The position numbers and the translations under genes were made by a program. A model generated the notes under the pieces. The model did no database searches and was not told where the DNA came from. It saw only the letters and a list, made by a program, of their open reading frames with translations. Shown piece after piece: positions 26,504 to 31,961 of a DNA stretch of 31,961 nt; position 1 is the stretch's first letter, and the number at the start of each line of letters is the position of its first letter. The stretch spans positions 1 through 31,961 of IMG/VR virus record IMGVR_UViG_3300006105_000075. The stretch is one strand, 5' to 3'. Source of the stretch: a virus. Taxonomy: Duplodnaviria > Caudoviricetes.

Positions 26504-26837
26504 TATTTATATAGTGCAGCAAGGGATGAGCATTAATGACGTTGTATTGAACGCCACAGGTAGCCTTATAAACCTAAATGCAGTACTAGATGCCAATAGC
26601 TTTACAGATTGGACACCGACATTAACAGTCGGGCAAGAGATAACAATACCAGATACAGTTACAAAGGATTTAAACGTTATAGGACAATTGACAACGTATC
26701 CAGCAGTGAATAATTTAACAGATTTGATACTTTCTAGCATAAACACAATATTTGATACATTACCTTTGTGGATATTATCCACAAGCTATTGGAATGACAA
26801 CGGATTATGGGTAGATACGGCATTTTGGATAGATTAA
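26496..26837 (+). CDS. LysM-like baseplate protein (P2 gpX-like) with a Trp-rich C-terminal extension
   Basis: Y.VQQG.SI.DV.L...GS......L.AN.......L.VGQ.I.IP LysM-like pattern. Confidence 0.7.
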   Translation: MSSIYIVQQGMSINDVVLNATGSLINLNAVLDANSFTDWTPTLTVGQEITIPDTVTKDLNVIGQLTTYPAVNNLTDLILSSINTIFDTLPLWILSTSYWNDNGLWVDTAFWID

Positions 26838-26849
26838 ACTTTTAATAAT

Positions 26850-27227
26850 ATGGCACAAATAGTTATAAACAATGGTGATAGCGGTTTAGTAGTTAGAAAC
26901 GCCCTAAACGGTATGTTTGCCGAACTTTACGGCGCAATAGCTTTACCTATTAAAATAGCAGGATTAACGGGAAATTACACACAGGTAATTTCGGCTAATA
27001 CGATAGTGGTTAGTGGTGCGGTTCGTTGGATTAGTGGCAGCGTTACCGTTAAGATAGGCTCAACGGGTGGTGGGAGTGATATAATGCCATCAACTGTGTT
27101 ATCTTCAGCTAATTTAGTACCCTTAATTATCGGACAATACTACAACAGCGCAGGTAATATCTACATAACTTTAACAGGTACAGGAAGCGTAAACGTTAGA
27201 TTTGACCAAATTACAAACTACAACTAA
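26850..27227 (+). CDS. Baseplate/fibre adaptor-like protein
   Basis: N-terminal GDSG..VR.ALN.MF.ELY resembles T4 gp9/gp10-type N-terminal trimerisation segments; beta-rich C-terminus. Confidence 0.5.
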   Translation: MAQIVINNGDSGLVVRNALNGMFAELYGAIALPIKIAGLTGNYTQVISANTIVVSGAVRWISGSVTVKIGSTGGGSDIMPSTVLSSANLVPLIIGQYYNSAGNIYITLTGTGSVNVRFDQITNYN

Positions 27228-27229
27228 CA

Positions 27230-27991
27230 ATGGCTAGCACTCAATCAATTATACAATCAAACCTAAACGCTTTAGGCTTTACAAACCCCTCGCAAACGGG
27301 GATATTTGAGAAAGTGAGCGAAGCATTGGGAAACGTTATAGACACAACATTAACAGAATTTACCAATACAGAAGCCACAATAGTAAGCACTATAACCGCT
27401 AAGAATTACGGAAAGGCAGGATACTATACAGGCTATGCTTTAGCGTTTCAATACGGCGATAGTCTTTCAATTGATAGTAACGGAAATTATTACTACCCTA
27501 CTATTGACACAACTAAACAAATAATTAAACAAGCGGCATTTAGTGCAACAAGTGGCGGGGATTTATTCTTAAAGGTGGCAAGTGCGGATATTACGGGAAC
27601 GACTATGCCATTGACATTATCACAGTATAATGCTTTTGTGGCGTATATGCAAAACTTCGAGATACCGGGATTGCCCGTTAACTATATTTCATCGAATGCG
27701 AATGTATTGTACTTTGTAGCATCTTGTACCTATTACAGTAGCTTCGATTTACCTACATTGACAGCTAATATAAACACTTATCTTACTTTGTTTATGAATA
27801 GCTTTGCGTTTAATGGTACTTTCTTCACGGGTGACTTAGAAACATATATACAGGCAAATGTAGCAGGGGTAAGAAACTTTTATTTATCACAAACACAAAT
27901 AGACGGCGTATCTTTTACGGGTAGTGTTAATTTGAGTGCAGGATATTTTAACTATAACGGTAGCAACGTAATTAATTACAATGGCATTTAG
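27230..27991 (+). CDS. Baseplate J-like wedge protein
   Basis: Y...ALAFQYGD.L, IIKQAA, LKVA, FNG.F....L...IQ...GV and AGYF motifs, plus synteny. Confidence 0.72.
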   Translation: MASTQSIIQSNLNALGFTNPSQTGIFEKVSEALGNVIDTTLTEFTNTEATIVSTITAKNYGKAGYYTGYALAFQYGDSLSIDSNGNYYYPTIDTTKQIIKQAAFSATSGGDLFLKVASADITGTTMPLTLSQYNAFVAYMQNFEIPGLPVNYISSNANVLYFVASCTYYSSFDLPTLTANINTYLTLFMNSFAFNGTFFTGDLETYIQANVAGVRNFYLSQTQIDGVSFTGSVNLSAGYFNYNGSNVINYNGI

Positions 27992-28469
27992 AAACATCAA
28001 TTATAGAAAGTTATTGTTTGAAAGTCTAAGGAATTTCTTTAGCGTTACTGCTATTGGCAGTATATCAACTTTTTTTAAATATTTTACCGCTTTTGTACAG
28101 CCACTAGAAGCACCTTTTACAACGTTTACAACTTTTCGCAATAAAGAACTATTAATATCGCAATGTAAGTGGCAAGTGGGTCAATTGGCAAATGTGTTAA
28201 ATATATTGTATGATGCTACTTTAAAAAGAATTTACTGCACACAGTCGACTTACAATATATTAACAGCCCCCGAATTTGCGTACACAAGTACAACTTATTG
28301 CAGCGACTTCGGTAGTACACCGTTAATATTTGCAAGTGAATTTAACGACAAAGTAAACACAACAGCGTTTACTATTAATGTGCCTACAAGCGTGTACACT
28401 AGCGACTTATTGGCAACGGTTAATCAAATAGCTTTTGATGGTTCAAATTTTACAATTAATCAATTTTAA
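27981..28469 (+). CDS. Baseplate wedge protein (P2 gpI-like)
   Basis: QV..L..VLN..YD....RIY and F.I.VP patterns; follows the J-like gene. Confidence 0.62.
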   Translation: MAFRNINYRKLLFESLRNFFSVTAIGSISTFFKYFTAFVQPLEAPFTTFTTFRNKELLISQCKWQVGQLANVLNILYDATLKRIYCTQSTYNILTAPEFAYTSTTYCSDFGSTPLIFASEFNDKVNTTAFTINVPTSVYTSDLLATVNQIAFDGSNFTINQF

Positions 28470-28472
28470 TTT

Positions 28473-29330
28473 ATGAGTTTATTTCAGTTTCCCGCAATAC
28501 GCAAATCTTATGCAGGGCTACAAAATCCTTTATTTAGTAGTGATTTAATCGTTGCAGAACAAACCGCTTACGACGGGCTTATTGCTTCTTTAGGGTTACA
28601 GCCTACCGACTTTGCTATTGTTAGCGGATTAACTTACGTTACAGGAACGCCTAACACTTACACAACGGGGGTGATATATTTTAATGGGTATTTCTATTAT
28701 GTAGCTGCATTATTTGCAGAGGGGCAATATTTACAGCCAACTACAACCGATACAAATCCCGAAAATTTTGGGGATAGTGTAAGCCGTAATACTTACACAT
28801 TATTTACCGCTACACCTACAAGCACATCAACAGGGGCAACGCCACAGTTTGCAGGCAATATGAATAGTTATCGCATTGACAATAAAACGCTAAAGGCTAG
28901 TATTTCGGCTATTACAGCGGATTATATCACTTCCACTTTACTAGCTACCGCCCTATCTGCTTACGTTGCAAAGGCAGGGGCTACAATGACGGGTGCGCTT
29001 ACTTTAAATGCAGATCCTACAACAGCACTAGGGGCAGCAACTAAGCAATACGTTGATAATAACGCCGTAATAATTTTGGCAAAGGGTTACACACATATAG
29101 GGGATATATATTCGGGATTACAACATTACGATGTAGCATTAGGGACAACATTAACAACGACAGCATATAAAGTATTTTTAACAATTGTTAACAATAATTC
29201 AGTAGATGCTAGAACAACATGGTATATTGATGCTACAAACCAAACTACTACATCATTTAGAATATATATTGCGGAGGCCACCAGTAGTGTACAAGACATT
29301 TACTTTGATTGGATAGTTATTGCACGATAA
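28473..29330 (+). CDS. Baseplate-attached (short) tail fibre protein, no signal peptide
   Basis: G.TMTGALTL.ADPT.AL.AATKQYVD fibre motif and a C-terminal TTTSF......DWIVI beta domain. Confidence 0.72.
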   Translation: MSLFQFPAIRKSYAGLQNPLFSSDLIVAEQTAYDGLIASLGLQPTDFAIVSGLTYVTGTPNTYTTGVIYFNGYFYYVAALFAEGQYLQPTTTDTNPENFGDSVSRNTYTLFTATPTSTSTGATPQFAGNMNSYRIDNKTLKASISAITADYITSTLLATALSAYVAKAGATMTGALTLNADPTTALGAATKQYVDNNAVIILAKGYTHIGDIYSGLQHYDVALGTTLTTTAYKVFLTIVNNNSVDARTTWYIDATNQTTTSFRIYIAEATSSVQDIYFDWIVIAR

Positions 29331-29356
29331 TTTTTAAAATATACTAATATTGCAAA

Positions 29357-31450
29357 ATGAAGTTTTTATTAACATTACTTTTATGCGCTTCAATTGCTTA
29401 CGGGCAAACGATAATAACTCAACCTTATGCGTTTCAAAAATACATAACCGTTAAGGATAGTAGCAATTTACAAGGTCGTTTAACCATCCCAACTGATACC
29501 ACAACAAACAAGAATGGTATTGCACAAATTGGCACATCTATATACACGGGCAACGGTACTTATTGGACTTTAGCGAGTGGGGGTAGTTCAAGTTCTTTCA
29601 ACAACGGCGGTAATTCATTTGGTTCAACTGCTATAATAGGGACGAAAGACAATAACGACTTGAAAATAATCAATAACAATACTAATTATTGGACTTTCGG
29701 CAAAACAGGCACATTAAGTAACAGTGGCGTTTCTTTTGATTTTGCAGGTGACGTAACCGCATCGAGTAGCGCAGCCATAACAGGAGGTGCGATATATCCT
29801 ATTAATTACTTATCATTGCCCGACACCAACAGAAACGTTGCTTATAATTTGATAGGCACTCATAATGGTAGTTTATTTGCTCAAATAGGTTCGGGGCAAT
29901 ATTTTAGGCAAGTCTTAATGGCAAAAGATAGTAGTTTATACGTTACCCCTACTCAATTAACGGCAGCATCTTACACCCTGCCACAAGCTACTAGCAGCGT
30001 ATTAGGTGGCGTTAAGATAGGAAGTAATATAAACGTAAGCAGTGGAACGATTAGCCTTAATAACAGCAATGTGATAGCAGCATTGGGGTATATGCCTATA
30101 CAGTTGTCTTCATTAAGTGCCACTCGAAATGTAAGTTCGGGTAGTATATTTTCGTATAATAATCTTACTGGGGCTTACAATTTCGATACAACTAAACTAT
30201 TAACGCTTACTTCTATAAGTGCTACAACTCCAATGACATTTAACACTTCGACAGGAGTTATTGCGATAGGGCAATCATCTACTAGCACTAACGGGTATTT
30301 AAGCAGTACTGATTGGAATACGTTTAATGGAAAAATTAATTTATCCTCTCTATCTGCAACTCGCAACGTTTCAACAGGGTCGATATTCACTTACAACAGT
30401 TCAACGGGGGCTTATAATTTGGATACGACTAAATATCAAGCACCAATAAGCGCAGGAACGGATATAACGATAGCTAGTAATGTAGTTTCAGCCGACACCA
30501 CAACAGGCGCAACTAAGTTAGCTACGCAAGGGTATGTTACGAGGAATAGTGGGAGTGGGGGATTGACGGGCGGATTTACGGTATCCTCAACAGCAGCCCC
30601 TATATTATTTGGGAGTGTTACCAATAGTAAAATTAGCGGTTCACAAAGTAGGATAACAATTGATACATCAAAATCAGTAGCTACCATAATATTAGACACT
30701 GCTGGCGGTTCATTAGTTACTACTACAACCCCGCCCTCAATAGATTTTGGTAATTCTACAACTACATTAGGAAATTTAGGTAAATACCCAAAATTAATTT
30801 TGGAGCATAACTCAGGTGCTCTTTCGGGTATTTGTACAGGTAGCGGCAGTTTGGGATATACCGCACAAAATTCCCACTATTGGTACACAGGGGGGTATAA
30901 TTCACCTACACAAACAATGTCATTAGACAATAGTGGTAATTTACAAGCTTTTTCTTTCACCGCTACCCCTTCATACTTATCTAAAGGATTTGAAATTTAC
31001 GAAAGTGGGCTTATCATTCAATTGTATAGAAGCGGCTCTTTTAATGGAATAAATTCTGGCATTTACGGTGTAAGTTTTGCCAATAGTGGAACGGTAGCAG
31101 GGCAGATGTTTAGTACAGGTAGATGGTATTTCGGTGCTAGCCCTAGTGACGATGGGGTGAATATCGCTCAGTTCAATGGTTCTATAAAACTAGAAACAGC
31201 AGGTAATAAAATCAACATAGCCACAGGTACAAACGCCTCTATCGGTACAGCCACACTTTCATCGGGAACGGTAACGGTAAGCACTACGGCGGTAACTTCA
31301 TCTAGTAAAATATTCGTTACCCACGCAGGAAGTAGCATAAGTAATGCAGGCACACTATATATAGGAACAATTTCAGCAAATACATCATTTATTATTAACT
31401 CCACTAATTCTAGCGATAACGACAGCATAAATTGGTGGATTGTGAACTAA
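29357..31450 (+). CDS. Long tail fibre-like protein carrying an N-terminal Sec signal peptide
   Basis: MKFLLTLLLCASIAYG|QT. S/T/G-rich body with fibre motifs YTLP.AT.SVLGGVKIG, NGYLSSTDWNTFN.K and LATQGYV. Located at the end of the tail module. Confidence 0.75.
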   Translation: MKFLLTLLLCASIAYGQTIITQPYAFQKYITVKDSSNLQGRLTIPTDTTTNKNGIAQIGTSIYTGNGTYWTLASGGSSSSFNNGGNSFGSTAIIGTKDNNDLKIINNNTNYWTFGKTGTLSNSGVSFDFAGDVTASSSAAITGGAIYPINYLSLPDTNRNVAYNLIGTHNGSLFAQIGSGQYFRQVLMAKDSSLYVTPTQLTAASYTLPQATSSVLGGVKIGSNINVSSGTISLNNSNVIAALGYMPIQLSSLSATRNVSSGSIFSYNNLTGAYNFDTTKLLTLTSISATTPMTFNTSTGVIAIGQSSTSTNGYLSSTDWNTFNGKINLSSLSATRNVSTGSIFTYNSSTGAYNLDTTKYQAPISAGTDITIASNVVSADTTTGATKLATQGYVTRNSGSGGLTGGFTVSSTAAPILFGSVTNSKISGSQSRITIDTSKSVATIILDTAGGSLVTTTTPPSIDFGNSTTTLGNLGKYPKLILEHNSGALSGICTGSGSLGYTAQNSHYWYTGGYNSPTQTMSLDNSGNLQAFSFTATPSYLSKGFEIYESGLIIQLYRSGSFNGINSGIYGVSFANSGTVAGQMFSTGRWYFGASPSDDGVNIAQFNGSIKLETAGNKINIATGTNASIGTATLSSGTVTVSTTAVTSSSKIFVTHAGSSISNAGTLYIGTISANTSFIINSTNSSDNDSINWWIVN
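30104..30433 (+). repeat. Internal 31-codon duplication in the fibre gene
   Basis: LSSLSATRNVSSGSIFSYNNLTGAYNFDTTK (30104-30196) vs LSSLSATRNVSTGSIFTYNSSTGAYNLDTTK (30341-30433). Confidence 0.9.
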
Positions 31451-31460
31451 ATTTAACAAT

Positions 31461-31826
31461 ATGAAATATTTATCAACCATTCTTGCAGCATTATTAATTG
31501 GTGCAACTTCTTACGGACAAACAGTGGACACTACTTTAAAAGACTGTACTTGTGCAGCAGTCAATAGCGTGACAATATCTCACGGCTTCCCGATAATCAC
31601 CGACACTATCAATCACATTGGCTTCTTTAACTATACCGATTCGCCTCGTGACAGTTCTTGCGTGGTTAATTTCACGGTTAAAGCCAATTCAAACAATCAA
31701 AATATCATATTCAATACTTACACACTTACTAAGAGTGAGTATGCGGCGTGGAATACTGATATTGACTTGATAGTAGACATCAAAAACTATCTATCCCGTA
31801 GCGGCATTCAATTAACATTCAAATAA
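31461..31826 (+). CDS. Secreted protein in tail-fibre assembly/accessory position
   Basis: Signal peptide MKYLSTILAALLIGATSYG|QT; located directly after the fibre gene. Confidence 0.72.
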   Translation: MKYLSTILAALLIGATSYGQTVDTTLKDCTCAAVNSVTISHGFPIITDTINHIGFFNYTDSPRDSSCVVNFTVKANSNNQNIIFNTYTLTKSEYAAWNTDIDLIVDIKNYLSRSGIQLTFK

Positions 31827-31846
31827 TAAAATCACATTAAGAGACT

Positions 31847-31961
31847 ATGTTACACCACATTAAACAGACAGCAGACGGATTTGCAACACTAATAGGGGGA
31901 TTAGGTTTTTTTGCAGTATCGGCAAATGTAGCCGATTGGACTATGAAGATTATCTCATTTG
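31847..31961 (+). CDS. Start of a probable holin-like membrane protein (3'-truncated by the window)
   Basis: MLHHIKQTADGFATLIGGLGFFAVSANVADWTMKIISF is hydrophobic and follows the fibre genes. Confidence 0.45.
   Translation, partial: MLHHIKQTADGFATLIGGLGFFAVSANVADWTMKIISF

Larger units (their letters stand above)
1..31961 (+). mobile_element. Tailed phage/prophage genome segment (myovirus morphotype, Mu-like head genes, Bacteroidota host)
   Basis: Continuous replication-packaging-head-contractile tail-baseplate-fibre gene order. No host housekeeping genes, integrase or attachment site visible in the window. Confidence 0.97.

Noticed and set aside
26775-26783. Perfect DnaA box TTATCCACA
   Set aside because: A single copy inside a baseplate CDS, far from the origin-like region; compatible with chance.
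29357-29404. Cys10 of the fibre leader as a lipoprotein lipobox
   Set aside because: LLLC does not fit the lipobox consensus; AYG|Q fits signal peptidase I cleavage better.
30104-30433. Fibre repeat as a diversity-generating retroelement TR/VR pair
   Set aside because: Differences are synonymous and not adenine-specific, both copies are in-frame and internal, and no reverse transcriptase is in the window.
1547-31428. Numerous minus-strand and alternate-frame ORFs in the track (e.g. 1547-1861, 11742-12062, 21498-21848, 22609-23058)
   Set aside because: They are antisense shadows of well-supported plus-strand genes, with no motifs or start context.
1-31961. Stop-codon reassignment, tRNA genes, integrase or transposase
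   Set aside because: Genes are intact and densely packed under the standard code. No tRNA cloverleaf or recombinase motif was recognised, so lifestyle cannot be determined from this window.

Overview
The whole window is an internal part of an AT-rich tailed-phage (or prophage) genome with a contractile tail. The host is almost certainly Bacteroidota: TAnnTTTG -7 promoters, A-rich start regions without Shine-Dalgarno, and signal peptides with Gln at +1. Gene order: replication module (SSB-like tail, DnaA domain-IV protein, SNF2 helicase-methyltransferase fusion, SF2 helicase, primase-helicase, iteron-rich origin, VRR-NUC), packaging (TerS/TerL), Mu-like head genes (gp36-like, portal, MuF), a divergent cassette of small genes, a protease-scaffold-capsid fusion, then sheath, tube, chaperones, tape measure, baseplate, fibres and a probable holin start. 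Three signals stand out. (1) Three genes in virion-protein positions (post-capsid gene, long tail fibre, post-fibre gene) carry Sec signal peptides and many Bacteroidota O-glycosylation-type D-(S/T)-x sequons, suggesting periplasmic export and maturation of virion parts. (2) Two sequence-divergent leaders share a two-hairpin kissing-loop architecture, each between a promoter and a helicase gene. (3) An A10 slippery run would fuse the portal to a MuF-nuclease-like protein. All calls come from reading motifs and synteny by eye; no database searches were run.
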